A stretch of 64,000 nucleotides of DNA from Thiobacillus sp. (GTDB taxonomy: Bacteria; Pseudomonadota; Gammaproteobacteria; Burkholderiales; Thiobacillaceae): positions 8,144-72,143 of the forward strand of contig JAYRNU010000011.1 in the NCBI GenBank assembly GCA_041912015.1. Direction: 5' to 3'. The position numbers and the translations under genes were made by a program. Shown here piece after piece: positions 43,510 to 55,806 of the stretch; the first letter of the stretch is position 1, and every line of letters starts with the position of its first letter. The notes beneath the pieces are model-generated. The model was not told where the DNA came from. It saw only the letters and a list, made by a program, of their open reading frames with translations, and searched no databases.

Positions 43510-44666
43510 ACATGCGCATGCTCCTGATCGGCTTGTTGCTGGCCCTGTCGGGATGCAGCACGGTCGATTCGGTGACCAGCACGGTCGGGGGATGGTTCGG
43601 TTCCGGCCAGACCAAGGCAAAACCCGCCGAGCTGGTCGAATTCAAACCGACCGCGACGCTGGCCGAAGCCTGGAAAGCCGAAACCGGCGACAACGGCGGC
43701 TATCTGTTCAGTCCGCAGGCCGAAGGCGATGCCGTCGTGGCGGCAGGCGGCAACTGGGTGGCGCGCATTGCGGTGCCGACTGGCAGCCTGGTCTGGCGCG
43801 TCGACACCGGGGTGAAGTTGTCCGCCGGGGTGGGCGTCGGCAGTGGCCTGGTGCTGGCAGGCGGCAGCGAAGGCGAATTGCTGGCGCTGGACATGGCCAG
43901 CGGCCAGTTGCGCTGGAAGGCGGCCCTGTCGAGCGAAGTGACCGGGCAGCCGCTGGCGGTCGGCGACATGGTGATCGCGCGCACCATCGATGGCCGGTTG
44001 CATGGCATCGCCCTTGCGGACGGCAGCCGCAAGTGGCTCTATACCCGCAACCTTCCAGCGTTGAGCCTGCGCGGATCGGGCGGCATGGCGGCACGCGACG
44101 GGGTGCTCTATGCCGGTTTCCCAGGCGGCAAGCTGGTCGCATTGAATCCCGTCAATGGCGCGCAACTCTGGGAGGCCACCGTCGCACTGCCGCATGGGTC
44201 GACCGAGCTCGAACGCGTGGCCGACATCATGGGCAATCCGGTGGTCGATGCGCAGCAGGTGTGTGCAGTGGCCTACCAGGGACGCGTCGCCTGTTTCGAC
44301 CGGAGCAATGGATCGCTGCTGTGGTCGCGCGACACATCGAGCAACAGCGGCTTGGCGATGGATGAGAGCAATCTTTATGTTACCGACGACAAGGATGCCG
44401 TCACCGCCTACGACAAGCGAAGCGGGCGCGCAGGATGGCGCCAGGACAAGCTGGCACGCCGGCAGGTCACCGCGCCGCTGGCGCTCGGTGCCTGGGTGGT
44501 CGTGGGTGATGGCGAAGGCTATGTGCATGTGCTGTCAGCCGACGATGGCGGCTTTGTCGCACGTGCCCAGGTCGACAGCAGCGTGCGCACGGCGCCGGCT
44601 GACATCGGTCCGGGCTTCGTTGTGGAGACCGCCAAGGGCAGCGTGGTCGCCTTCAGGCTCAACTAA
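43506..44666 (+). CDS. bamB: BamB outer-membrane assembly lipoprotein
   Basis: Lipobox LSGC, PQQ-like beta-propeller repeats, ELERVAD. Confidence 0.92.
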   Translation: MNMRMLLIGLLLALSGCSTVDSVTSTVGGWFGSGQTKAKPAELVEFKPTATLAEAWKAETGDNGGYLFSPQAEGDAVVAAGGNWVARIAVPTGSLVWRVDTGVKLSAGVGVGSGLVLAGGSEGELLALDMASGQLRWKAALSSEVTGQPLAVGDMVIARTIDGRLHGIALADGSRKWLYTRNLPALSLRGSGGMAARDGVLYAGFPGGKLVALNPVNGAQLWEATVALPHGSTELERVADIMGNPVVDAQQVCAVAYQGRVACFDRSNGSLLWSRDTSSNSGLAMDESNLYVTDDKDAVTAYDKRSGRAGWRQDKLARRQVTAPLALGAWVVVGDGEGYVHVLSADDGGFVARAQVDSSVRTAPADIGPGFVVETAKGSVVAFRLN

Positions 44667-44721
44667 GCACGGACGCGCATAACCATCGCGCCGGAACGCC
44701 CGGCACATTGCAAGGATAAGC

Positions 44722-46131
44722 ATGCTTCCCACCCTGGTTCTTGTCGGACGACCCAACGTCGGCAAGTCCACCCTGTTCAACCGCCTCACCGGCACGCGTG
44801 ATGCCCTGGTGCACGACATGCCGGGGATGACGCGCGATCGCCATTACGGACGCGGCCATATCGGCGGCAAGCCCTATCTGGTGGTGGACACGGGCGGTCT
44901 GGAGCCGGTCGCCAAGGATGGCATCCTCGCCGAAATGGCCCGCCAGACGCTGCAGGCGATCGACGAGGCGGACGCCGTGATATTCATGGTCGATGGCAGG
45001 GCGGGCCTGACGCCGCAGGACAAGGTCATCGCCGACCGGCTGCGCCGCGCGCACTGTCCGGTTTTCCTGGCGGTCAACAAGGCCGAAGGCATGAACCGGG
45101 ACGTCGTGGCAGCCGAATTCCACGAACTGGCGCTGGGTACGCCGCTGGCGATTTCCGGTGCGCACGGCGACGGCATTGCCGATCTCGTGGCCGAGGCGCT
45201 GGCGCCGTTCCCCGAAGAAGCGGCGCCAGCCGAGGATTTCGGCGTGCCCAAGATTGCACTGGTGGGCCGTCCCAATGTCGGCAAGTCGACGCTGGTCAAC
45301 GCGCTGGTTGGCGAGGAGCGCGTCATCGCGTTCGACCAGCCCGGCACGACGCGCGATTCGATCTATGTCGAATTCGAGCGCGAGGGCAAGCCGTATGTCC
45401 TGATCGACACCGCCGGCGTGCGCCGCCGCGGCAAGGTGTTCGAGACGGTTGAGAAATTTTCCGTCATCAAGACGTTGCAGGCGATCGAGGATGCCAACGT
45501 GGTGGTGCTGGTGCTCGACGCGCGCGAGAACATCTCCGAACAGGATGCGCATCTGGCCGGGTTCGTGCTCGAAACAGGGCGCGCCCTGGTGGTCGCGATC
45601 AACAAGTGGGACGGACTGTCGCTCGAGCAGCGTGACGACATCAAGCGCGATATCGGGCGCAAGCTGGCCTTCCTCGACTTCGCGCGCTTCAACTACATCT
45701 CCGCGCTCAAGGGCAAGGGCCTGGAAAATCTGCTCAAGGATATCGAGGCCGCCCACACGGCAGCGTTCCTCAAGATGTCGACGCCGAAGCTGACGCGTGT
45801 GCTCGAAATGGCGGTGGAACAGCATGCCCCTCCCAAGTCGGGGCTGTTCCGTCCGAAGCCGCGCTATGCCCACCAGGGCGGCAAGAATCCGCCGGTCATC
45901 GTGTTGCACGGCAACGCGCTCGAGGGGCTGCGTGATGACTACAAGCGCTACCTGGAAAGCAGTTTCCGCAAGGCGTTCAAGCTCCAGGGCACGCCGCTGC
46001 GCATCCAGATCAAGGAAGACAGTGGCAGAAATCCCTACGAAGGAAAGAAACGGGCGCCGCTGACAGAGAGCGAAGCGACCCGGATGCGCCGGCAGAAGCG
46101 GGTCAGGCGCAAGGTCTACGGTGCCGATTGA
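44722..46131 (+). CDS. der: Ribosome biogenesis GTPase Der
   Basis: Two [10 protein letters not shown]-loops, DTGG/DTAG, NKWD. Confidence 0.98.
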   Translation: MLPTLVLVGRPNVGKSTLFNRLTGTRDALVHDMPGMTRDRHYGRGHIGGKPYLVVDTGGLEPVAKDGILAEMARQTLQAIDEADAVIFMVDGRAGLTPQDKVIADRLRRAHCPVFLAVNKAEGMNRDVVAAEFHELALGTPLAISGAHGDGIADLVAEALAPFPEEAAPAEDFGVPKIALVGRPNVGKSTLVNALVGEERVIAFDQPGTTRDSIYVEFEREGKPYVLIDTAGVRRRGKVFETVEKFSVIKTLQAIEDANVVVLVLDARENISEQDAHLAGFVLETGRALVVAINKWDGLSLEQRDDIKRDIGRKLAFLDFARFNYISALKGKGLENLLKDIEAAHTAAFLKMSTPKLTRVLEMAVEQHAPPKSGLFRPKPRYAHQGGKNPPVIVLHGNALEGLRDDYKRYLESSFRKAFKLQGTPLRIQIKEDSGRNPYEGKKRAPLTESEATRMRRQKRVRRKVYGAD

Positions 46132-46146
46132 GCGGACGTGCGCGTT

Positions 46147-46398
46147 TCAGTCGAGCCAGCGCACCAGATAGAACAGCCTGAACCCCTCTGACGAGCGCGA
46201 GGGTCCGCTGGCGATGGCCGCATGGCGGTTCTTGCCGGGGTCGGCATGGGCCAGCGCTTCGGCTTCGCTGGCGTAGACCTCGACCACCCCTTCGGGAAAG
46301 CGCTTGCGGTTTTTCCCCGAGGGCGAATAGATCACCACGGCAGACGTGCCCACGACTTTCGATTCGACGTCGGTGAAAAGGCTGGTGACTTGCGGCAT
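46147..46398 (-). CDS. Small hypothetical protein (83 aa)
   Basis: MPQVTSL...RKRFPEGVV...GPSRSSEGFRLFYLVRWLD; fills the gap, same strand as the upstream small ORF. Confidence 0.65.
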   Translation of the reverse strand: MPQVTSLFTDVESKVVGTSAVVIYSPSGKNRKRFPEGVVEVYASEAEALAHADPGKNRHAAIASGPSRSSEGFRLFYLVRWLD

Positions 46399-46432
46399 GC
46401 GGGTATCGATCAGGCATTGCCGACGCAATGCA

Positions 46433-46717
46433 TCAATGCGTCTTCTTCGGAATGTTGCTGATCTTGACGGCGTGGGTGGTGGGGGTTTCGTCGGCGAAGC
46501 GGGGGCGTTCTTCCAGCCTGCGTCCGGTGAGCTGCGCCAGTTCGGCCTCGCGGCTGGAGATCACCATCAGGCAATCCTTGATGCCGAGCACCGTGGCTTC
46601 AGTCAGGGGACTGGGGTTGCCGTCGCGCGGCGCGGTGTCGCGCACGATTGAAGTCAGGGTCTTGCGCATCATGCGCATCAGACGCTGTTCGTCATGCAGG
46701 GCTTTTTCGTTGTCCAT
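46433..46717 (-). CDS. Small helical hypothetical protein (94 aa)
   Basis: EQRLMRMMRKTLTSIVRDT...KDCLMVISSREAELA...RPRFADE; RBS GGAG; divergent from apt. Confidence 0.72.
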   Translation of the reverse strand: MDNEKALHDEQRLMRMMRKTLTSIVRDTAPRDGNPSPLTEATVLGIKDCLMVISSREAELAQLTGRRLEERPRFADETPTTHAVKISNIPKKTH

Positions 46718-46890
46718 GAGATGCTGCTCCGAAGGGTCGGCATAGATTGACTATTGTCGTTTTCGGGCGAGCCTTCGTCAAACCAAGGCCTTGGTCGCAG
46801 CATGGATAAAAAGCGCAACTGGGCATATAAGAATAATGAACCGACAGCGCACCCTCGCTGATTTAAGCTAGCTGGCCGAGGAGAAACCGC

Positions 46891-47982
46891 ATGTCCGATC
46901 CGAATACCCCAGACAACAGTGAAGTCCGCGAGATCCGCATCAATCCCATCGTGCCGAGCGAATCGGTGCTGGTGGCCACCGCGCGCAGCATGCGTCCGAA
47001 AAAGGCCGAGGAGCTGGCGCCACGGGATACCCGCAAGCATGTCGAAACCTGTCCCTTCTGCCGCGGCAACGAGCACAAGACGCCGCCCGCCATTCTGACC
47101 TGGCCACAGGAAGGCGACTGGCAGATCCGCATGGTCGAGAACCTCTACCCGGTGCTGGGCGACGACCGCGCACAGGCGGGTTTCACGTTCGGTTTGCAGC
47201 AGACCATCGACGGCTACGGCCGGCATGAGGTCATCATCGACCATCACGAGCACGGCATCGCCGTGCACGACATGGCCGAGAGCCACCTGGCTGCGCTGTT
47301 CGGGGTCTACCAGGCGCGCATGCGCCAGCTGTTCAAATCCGATGACCGTCTCAAATACGTGCTGGTCTTCAAGAACTTCGGCCCGGCCGCCGGCGCGTCG
47401 ATTCCGCATACGCACAGCCAGATGATCGCGATGCCGGTGGTGCCCGAAAACGTCGATGCCGAGGTGAAGAACAGCGCCGCACATTACGCCAAGCACCATC
47501 ACTGCATTTTCTGCGCGCTGATCGATGAAGCGCTGACCTTCGAGGCCACGCTCTACGATCGCACGTCGGGCGCGATCCGGCGCAAGATCAATGTCGGCCA
47601 GTACGTGGTCGAACGCGGGGAAAAGTTCATCGCCATCAAGCCCTTCGCCAGCCGCTATGAATGGGAAGTGCATATCCTCCCGCTCGCCCACCAGGCCGAT
47701 TTTCTCGACGTGCGCGCCGAGGATCTGGACGATCTGGCGCGCGTGATGAAACGCACCATGGCGCGTCTCGATGCGGTCATCGGCGGCGCGCAGTACAACT
47801 TCTTCCTGCATTCGGTTCCGCACGATGCCAGGCGGGAGGCGCACGCGCCCAGCTACCATTGGCATCTGGAAATCTGCCCGCGCACTTCCATCCCCACCGG
47901 GTTCGAACTCGGATCCGGCCTGTTCGTCAACACGATCAACCCGGAGCAGGCGGCCGAGCGGTTGCGCATGGTGGAGTTGTAG
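46891..47982 (+). CDS. apt: GalT-like nucleotidyltransferase, probably APS:phosphate adenylyltransferase (ADP sulfurylase)
   Basis: CPFC, HEVII, FKNFGPAAGASIPHTHSQ (HxHxQ), CIFC, GFELGSG. No gal genes nearby; host is a sulfur oxidiser. The specific assignment rests on recalled knowledge, not an alignment. Confidence 0.75.
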   Translation: MSDPNTPDNSEVREIRINPIVPSESVLVATARSMRPKKAEELAPRDTRKHVETCPFCRGNEHKTPPAILTWPQEGDWQIRMVENLYPVLGDDRAQAGFTFGLQQTIDGYGRHEVIIDHHEHGIAVHDMAESHLAALFGVYQARMRQLFKSDDRLKYVLVFKNFGPAAGASIPHTHSQMIAMPVVPENVDAEVKNSAAHYAKHHHCIFCALIDEALTFEATLYDRTSGAIRRKINVGQYVVERGEKFIAIKPFASRYEWEVHILPLAHQADFLDVRAEDLDDLARVMKRTMARLDAVIGGAQYNFFLHSVPHDARREAHAPSYHWHLEICPRTSIPTGFELGSGLFVNTINPEQAAERLRMVEL

Positions 47983-48031
47983 ACGCAGCTTGACGGTACA
48001 ATGAGCGACTGTCCGCGCGTCATACGGCCCC

Positions 48032-49846
48032 ATGCAGCCAGTCAACTCTCCCTCTCCGAACACGCCGCCCGTCCTGTCCAGCGATGCCCATGTCGGCCGC
48101 CTGAACGCGCTGTGGAAACTGTCCGTACGGCATGGACTCTCGGATCCCGAACGTATCCGGGCCATGCTCGACATGGCGGCAGAAATGCTCGACATGGATC
48201 TGGTGATACTGGGGGAATTCGGCGAACGCTACACCGCGCGCTACGTCAGCGACCGGCTGGGGATATTCCCGGAAGGGACGGAACTGCTGGTGGAATCGGT
48301 GTTGTGCCATCCCGTGCATCGTTCCCGCCAGGTCACCCATGTCGCGGACCTGCGCGAGGATCCGCAGTATGCCGGCCATGCACTGGTCAACAAGCTGGGC
48401 TTGCGGAGCTACTCCGGCCTGCCGGTGCCGGTCGGCGAGGACAAGCGCTGGGTAGTGGCTTTTCTGCGGCAGCGCGGCGGGTCGCTGCCCCAGGCGGTCG
48501 ATATTGCCTATATGGAACTGATTGCCGACTGGCTTGGCAACATGCTGCATCAGGCTGCACAAAAGTCCCTGTTGCAGCGCATCGCCTTGACCGACCTGCT
48601 GACCGAGTTGCCGAATCGGCGTGCGGCCGAAGAGCGGCTGCAGAAGGAGCGGGCACGCATCGCGCGCGGCGGGCAGGGGTTTTCGCTGGCACTGGTCGAT
48701 CTGGATCATTTCAAGACGGTCAACGACCGCTACGGCCACGCAGTGGGCGACGAGATTCTCAGGGCCGTGGCGAGCCGGTTCGAGTCAGGATTGCGCGAAG
48801 GCGACTGGGTGGCGCGCTGGGGCGGCGAAGAGTTCCTGTTCGTGCTGCACGGCAGTTCCGAGGATGAAGCCACCCGTATCATGGAACGTCTCGCCGACCA
48901 GTTCCGGGCGGCGCCGATCCAGACCAGCATTGGCGACATCTCGTTGAGCTTTTCGGCCGGAGTGGCGGCCTTTGGTTCACAGGACGCCGGAACCGTGTCG
49001 ATGCTCGAGCGTATCGACCACGCCCTGTATCAGGCCAAGGCGCAGGGACGCGACCAGGTCAAGGTGGCAACGCACACCCCGCTGCCCTGGAACAGTTCGC
49101 TGCTGCGCCAGGCGCTGGCCGAGAACCGGATCCGTCAGGCTTCGCAGGTCATCGTCGATTTGCAGAGCGGGCAGATCGTCGCCGACGAGGCGCTTGCGCG
49201 CATCGAAGCCGCCGATGGCGAGATCGTCGAGGCGCGGGAGTTTGTCGATGTGGCGGAGGGGCTGGGGTTGATGGCAGAGCTCGACCGCCAGGTGATCCGC
49301 AATGTGATGCAGCAATGCGCGACGCGCATGGCGCACGGGGGCTCTCCCGATTTTGCGCATTTCGTGAACGTTTCTCCGCAGTTTCTGGCGCGGCACGATC
49401 TGGTCGAGGAAATGCTCCAGAGCGCGATGCTGTTTTGCCAGAACTGCGGCGTGAAACTCGGTCCGGTCAAGCCCGTGGTGCTGGAGCTGACGGAGCGGCA
49501 GCGTGTCGTAAGCCTCGACCAGCTGCGCGCCGACCTGCAGCCCTTCATCGATTACGGATTCCGGCTGGCACTGGATGATTTCGGCAGCGGCTATTCGTCC
49601 TACCTGTATCTGGCGCATTTGCCGGTCAGTTTCCTGAAGATCGAGGGCTGGCTGGTTTCGCACATGCGTCAGGATCGCAAGGTGGCAGGCATTGTCGAAA
49701 GCCTGGCGAATTTCGCCCGCAAGGAAGGCGTCCTGACGGTGGCCGAGCATGTTGAGGACGCGGAGACCGCCCGCATCCTGGCTGACATGGGCGTCAACTA
49801 CGGCCAGGGCTGGTATTTCGGGCAGCCGCAGCTGGTCCGTCCCTGA
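48032..49846 (+). CDS. GAF-GGDEF-EAL diguanylate cyclase/phosphodiesterase
   Basis: GAF-like N-terminus, DLDHFK.VND.YGH, REGD I-site, GGEEF, EAL, DDFGSGYSS, AEHVE, QGWY. Confidence 0.93.
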   Translation: MQPVNSPSPNTPPVLSSDAHVGRLNALWKLSVRHGLSDPERIRAMLDMAAEMLDMDLVILGEFGERYTARYVSDRLGIFPEGTELLVESVLCHPVHRSRQVTHVADLREDPQYAGHALVNKLGLRSYSGLPVPVGEDKRWVVAFLRQRGGSLPQAVDIAYMELIADWLGNMLHQAAQKSLLQRIALTDLLTELPNRRAAEERLQKERARIARGGQGFSLALVDLDHFKTVNDRYGHAVGDEILRAVASRFESGLREGDWVARWGGEEFLFVLHGSSEDEATRIMERLADQFRAAPIQTSIGDISLSFSAGVAAFGSQDAGTVSMLERIDHALYQAKAQGRDQVKVATHTPLPWNSSLLRQALAENRIRQASQVIVDLQSGQIVADEALARIEAADGEIVEAREFVDVAEGLGLMAELDRQVIRNVMQQCATRMAHGGSPDFAHFVNVSPQFLARHDLVEEMLQSAMLFCQNCGVKLGPVKPVVLELTERQRVVSLDQLRADLQPFIDYGFRLALDDFGSGYSSYLYLAHLPVSFLKIEGWLVSHMRQDRKVAGIVESLANFARKEGVLTVAEHVEDAETARILADMGVNYGQGWYFGQPQLVRP

Positions 49847-49916
49847 TCCGACGTGGCAGGCACCCGGATGCAAGCATTGAACACTGACCGGCTGGCAGGC
49901 GCCTGGAGATTGAACG

Positions 49917-51065
49917 GTGTTTGAGCGGCACGCGGGCGGCGAGCGCGCCATCCTGGTTGCACTGAACTTCGGCACGCCTGATTTTGCCGAGAGCGTGGCC
50001 GAGCTTCGCCTGCTGGCCATGGGCGCGGGTCTGGACATCCGGGGCGAGGTGCAGGGCAAGCGCAGCCGCCCGGATGCCGCGCTGTTCGTGGGCAGCGGCA
50101 AGGCCGACGAGCTTGCGGCGCTGGTTGCGGCGACCGAGGCCGAGGTCGTCATTTTCAATCACGAGTTGTCGCCTGCCCAGGAACGCAACCTGGAGCGCCG
50201 CGTCCATTGCCGGGTGATCGATCGGACCAGTCTGATTCTGGATATCTTCGCTCGTCGCGCGCAGAGCGCCGAAGGCAAGTTGCAGGTCGAACTGGCCCAG
50301 CTGGAACATCTTTCGACCCGTCTGGTGCGTGGCTGGACCCACCTCGAGCGGCAGCGCGGCGGTGTCGGCCTGCGCGGGCCGGGCGAGAAACAGCTGGAGA
50401 CCGATCGGCGGCTGATCGGGGTGCGGGTCAAGGCCTTGCGCGAGCGGCTTGCCAAGCTCGGCAGGCAACGCCGTACCCAGCGGCGTTCGCGGACGCGCCA
50501 GCACGTCCTGTCGGTGGCGCTGGTGGGATATACCAACGCGGGCAAGTCCACCCTGTTCAACGCCCTGACGCGTTCCGGCGCCTACGCGGCGGACCAGTTG
50601 TTCGCCACGCTGGACACGACCACCCGCAGGCTTTTCCTGCCGCAGGTCGGCGAGGTGGTGCTGTCCGACACCGTCGGCTTCATCACCCGCCTGCCGCATG
50701 ATCTTGTGGCCGCCTTTCGTGCGACGCTCGAGGCGACCGCCGAGGCCGATTTGCTGCTGCACGTGATCGATTCGGCCAGCCCCGCCCGCGAGCGGCAGGT
50801 CGAGGCGGTCGACAAGGTGCTGGCCGAGATCGGCGCGGACAGCGTGCCGCAGCTCAGGGTGTACAACAAGCTCGATTTGACGGGGGTTGCGCCGGGAGTC
50901 GCACGCGACGAGTATGGTAAACTTCGAAGCGTGTATGTTTCTGCGCAAACTGGCGCGGGACTTGAGATTCTGCGTGCTGCGCTGTCGGAAATCCTGCTCG
51001 CCAGCCGTGTTCAGGATGCGATGGTGGCGCCTGAAGAAACCCCTCCCCAAACTCTTTCTGAATAG
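49917..51065 (+). CDS. hflX: GTPase HflX
   Basis: GPGEKQLETDRR, GYTNAGKST, LFATLD, DTVGFI. Confidence 0.97.
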   Translation: MFERHAGGERAILVALNFGTPDFAESVAELRLLAMGAGLDIRGEVQGKRSRPDAALFVGSGKADELAALVAATEAEVVIFNHELSPAQERNLERRVHCRVIDRTSLILDIFARRAQSAEGKLQVELAQLEHLSTRLVRGWTHLERQRGGVGLRGPGEKQLETDRRLIGVRVKALRERLAKLGRQRRTQRRSRTRQHVLSVALVGYTNAGKSTLFNALTRSGAYAADQLFATLDTTTRRLFLPQVGEVVLSDTVGFITRLPHDLVAAFRATLEATAEADLLLHVIDSASPARERQVEAVDKVLAEIGADSVPQLRVYNKLDLTGVAPGVARDEYGKLRSVYVSAQTGAGLEILRAALSEILLASRVQDAMVAPEETPPQTLSE

Positions 51066-51073
51066 CAAACGAT

Positions 51074-52267
51074 ATGGCCTGGAACGACCCGCAATGGGGC
51101 AATAAAGACAATCGCAGGAACAGTGGGCCGCCGGACCTCGATGAAATCTGGAGGCGGCTCAACGAGCGCCTCAATGGCCTGTTTGGCGGCAAGGGGCGCG
51201 GCGGCAGCGGGGGCGACGGCGGCGCTTCACCGGGCTTGCCGGGCGGCGGCAGCCTGCTGGGCCTGCTTGCCATCCTGCTGGTGCTGGTCTGGGTGGCGAG
51301 CGGGTTCTACATTGTCGACACCGGCCAGCGCGGCGTTGTGCTGCGTTTCGGGCAGTATTCCGAGACCACCGAACCGGGTCCGCGCTGGCATCTGCCCTGG
51401 CCCATCGAATCGCGGGAGATCGTCAACGTCGATCAGGTTCGTACCGTTGAAATCGGCTATCGCACCTCGGTCAAGAACAAGATGTTGAAGGAATCGCTGA
51501 TGCTGACCGACGACGAAAACATCATCGACCTGCAATTCGCCGTGCAGTACATCCTCAAGGACCCCAAGGACTACCTGTTCGTCAACAGCAAGCCCGATGA
51601 GTCGGTGCTGCAGGTGGCCGAAACCGCGATGCGCGAAATCGTCGGCAAGAGCAAGATGGATTTCGTGCTGTACGAAGGACGTGCCGATATCGCCGCACGC
51701 GCCAAGGTGTTGATGCAGCAGATACTCGATCGCTACAACACCGGCATCAGCATCAGCCAGGTGACACTGCAGAACATCCAGCCGCCCGAGCAGGTCCAGG
51801 CTGCGTTTGACGACGCGGTCAAGGCCGGGCAGGACCGCGAACGCCTGAAGAACGAGGCGGAAGCCTATTCCAACGACGTGGTACCACGTGCCCGCGGCCT
51901 GGCGTCGCGCCTCAAGGCCGAGGCCGACGGGTACAAGCAGGCGGTGATTGCCAACGCCGAGGGCGAGGCAAGCCGTTTCGCCCAGATTGTCGGCGAATAT
52001 CAGAAGGCGCCGCAGGTCACGCGCGAGCGCATGTATCTCGACACCATGCAGAACGTCATGAACAATACCAGCAAGATCCTGGTGGACCAGAAGGGCGGCA
52101 ATAGCCTGCTCTATCTGCCGCTCGATAAATTGCAGCAGGTCGTCAACCAGCCGTACGGCGGTGCGCCGGAGCCCCTGGTGCAGCCCCCCGTCACCATCAC
52201 GCCGGGTAATGCGGATTCGCGCTCGCGCGATGCCTTCCGCAGCCGTGACCGGGAGGAGCGGCCATGA
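51074..52267 (+). CDS. hflK: FtsH modulator HflK
   Basis: MAWNDP, GPPDLDE, MLTDDEN, VVPRARG. Confidence 0.97.
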   Translation: MAWNDPQWGNKDNRRNSGPPDLDEIWRRLNERLNGLFGGKGRGGSGGDGGASPGLPGGGSLLGLLAILLVLVWVASGFYIVDTGQRGVVLRFGQYSETTEPGPRWHLPWPIESREIVNVDQVRTVEIGYRTSVKNKMLKESLMLTDDENIIDLQFAVQYILKDPKDYLFVNSKPDESVLQVAETAMREIVGKSKMDFVLYEGRADIAARAKVLMQQILDRYNTGISISQVTLQNIQPPEQVQAAFDDAVKAGQDRERLKNEAEAYSNDVVPRARGLASRLKAEADGYKQAVIANAEGEASRFAQIVGEYQKAPQVTRERMYLDTMQNVMNNTSKILVDQKGGNSLLYLPLDKLQQVVNQPYGGAPEPLVQPPVTITPGNADSRSRDAFRSRDREERP

Positions 52268-53145
52268 AAAGAAATATCGGACCGCTGATCATCGGCCTGC
52301 TTGTCGTCCTGGTGCTGCTGAGCGCCAGCATGTTTACCGTCGATCAGCGGGAGAATGCCCTGGTTTTCCAGCTCGGTGAGGTGGTGTCGGTGAAGACGAA
52401 GCCGGGCTTGTATTTCAAGCTGCCGGTGATACAGAACGTTCGCAAATTCGATACGCGAATCCAGACGCTGGATTCGATCGATCCCGAGCGTTTCATCACC
52501 TCGGAAAAGAAGAATGTGCTGGTCGACTCCTTCATCAAGTGGCGCGTGGTCGATGCCCAGCAGTTCTACGTTTCGGTGGGCGGCGACCAGACGCGCGCCG
52601 AGATACGCCTGAGCCAGGCGGTCAACGACGGCCTGCGTGCCGAGTTCGGCAAGCGCACCATCAATGACGTGGTGTCGGGTCAGCGCGACGAGGTCATGAA
52701 CCTGATTCGCGAAAAGGCCGACCAGGACGCGCGCAAGATCGGTGTACAGGTCGTCGACGTGCGGATCAAGCGCGTCGACCTGCCTGAAAGCGTCTCTGAA
52801 AACGTCTACCGCCGGATGGAAGCCGAGCGCAAGCAGGTAGCCAACGAATTGCGCTCGACCGGCGCGGCCGAAGCCGAGAAGATCAAGGCCGATGCCGACA
52901 AGCAGAAGGAAGTGATCGTCGCCGAGGCCTACCGTGATGCCCAGCGCGTCAAGGGTGAAGGCGATGCCAAGGCCGCCGCGGTCTATGCGGCTGCCTACGG
53001 CAGGAACCCCGAGTTCTATTCGTTCTACCGCAGCATGCAGGCGTATCGCGAGAGCTTCAAGAACAAGAGCGACGTCATGGTGCTCGACCCCAGCGCCGAC
53101 TTCTTCAAGTACATGAAGAATCCGCGAGCCGCTGGCGGCAAATGA
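52264..53145 (+). CDS. hflC: FtsH modulator HflC
   Basis: PGLYFK.P, RMEAER, FYSFYRS. Confidence 0.97.
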   Translation: MKRNIGPLIIGLLVVLVLLSASMFTVDQRENALVFQLGEVVSVKTKPGLYFKLPVIQNVRKFDTRIQTLDSIDPERFITSEKKNVLVDSFIKWRVVDAQQFYVSVGGDQTRAEIRLSQAVNDGLRAEFGKRTINDVVSGQRDEVMNLIREKADQDARKIGVQVVDVRIKRVDLPESVSENVYRRMEAERKQVANELRSTGAAEAEKIKADADKQKEVIVAEAYRDAQRVKGEGDAKAAAVYAAAYGRNPEFYSFYRSMQAYRESFKNKSDVMVLDPSADFFKYMKNPRAAGGK

Positions 53146-53330
53146 CCGGTTCGAACTGGCTTGCAGCAATCGGCCTGTTGCTGGTGATTGAAGGCTTGCT
53201 GCCTTTTGCCGCCCCTGCGGTCTGGCGTGACGGTTTCCGCCGGTTGCTGGAGTTCAGCGACGGCCAGCTGCGTTTCATAGGCGCTGCCTCGATGTTGGGC
53301 GGCGTTTTTTTGTTGATGATGTTGAGTTGA
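53142..53330 (+). CDS. DUF2065 (YjeT-like) small membrane protein
   Basis: LVIEGLLPF..P..WR, QLRFIG; conserved position after hflC. Confidence 0.85.
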   Translation: MTGSNWLAAIGLLLVIEGLLPFAAPAVWRDGFRRLLEFSDGQLRFIGAASMLGGVFLLMMLS

Positions 53331-53344
53331 ATGATCGAACCGAG

Positions 53345-55623
<2,279 letters not shown>

Positions 55624-55641
55624 TGCCCGGGGCGATCACGA

Positions 55642-55676
55642 AAGCAAAAAGCCGACTCGAGGTCGGCTTTTTGCTT
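55642..55676. terminator. Bidirectional terminator between purA and tRNA-Leu
   Basis: AAGCAAAAAGCCGAC-TCGAG-GTCGGCTTTTTGCTT. Confidence 0.9.
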
Positions 55677-55684
55677 GCAGCGTC

Positions 55685-55771
55685 TGGTGCCCAGAAGAGG
55701 ACTCGAACCTCCACAGTGTTGCCACCGCTAGGACCTGAACCTAGTGCGTCTACCAATTCCGCCATCTGGGC
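55685..55771 (-). tRNA. tRNA-Leu (CAG)
   Basis: Minus strand GCCCAGATGGCGGAATTGGTAGACGCA-CTAGG-TTCAGGT-CCTAG...GGTTCGAGTCC...TGGGCACCA; 87 nt, long variable arm, encoded CCA. Confidence 0.97.
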
Positions 55772-55806
55772 AATGAAGGCGCGCATTTTAGAGAGGCGAG
55801 ACTGAC

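Noticed and set aside
55685-55771. tRNA-Leu as an integration site
   Set aside because: Its 3' end abuts the terminator shared with purA; I saw no integrase and no duplicated tRNA end.
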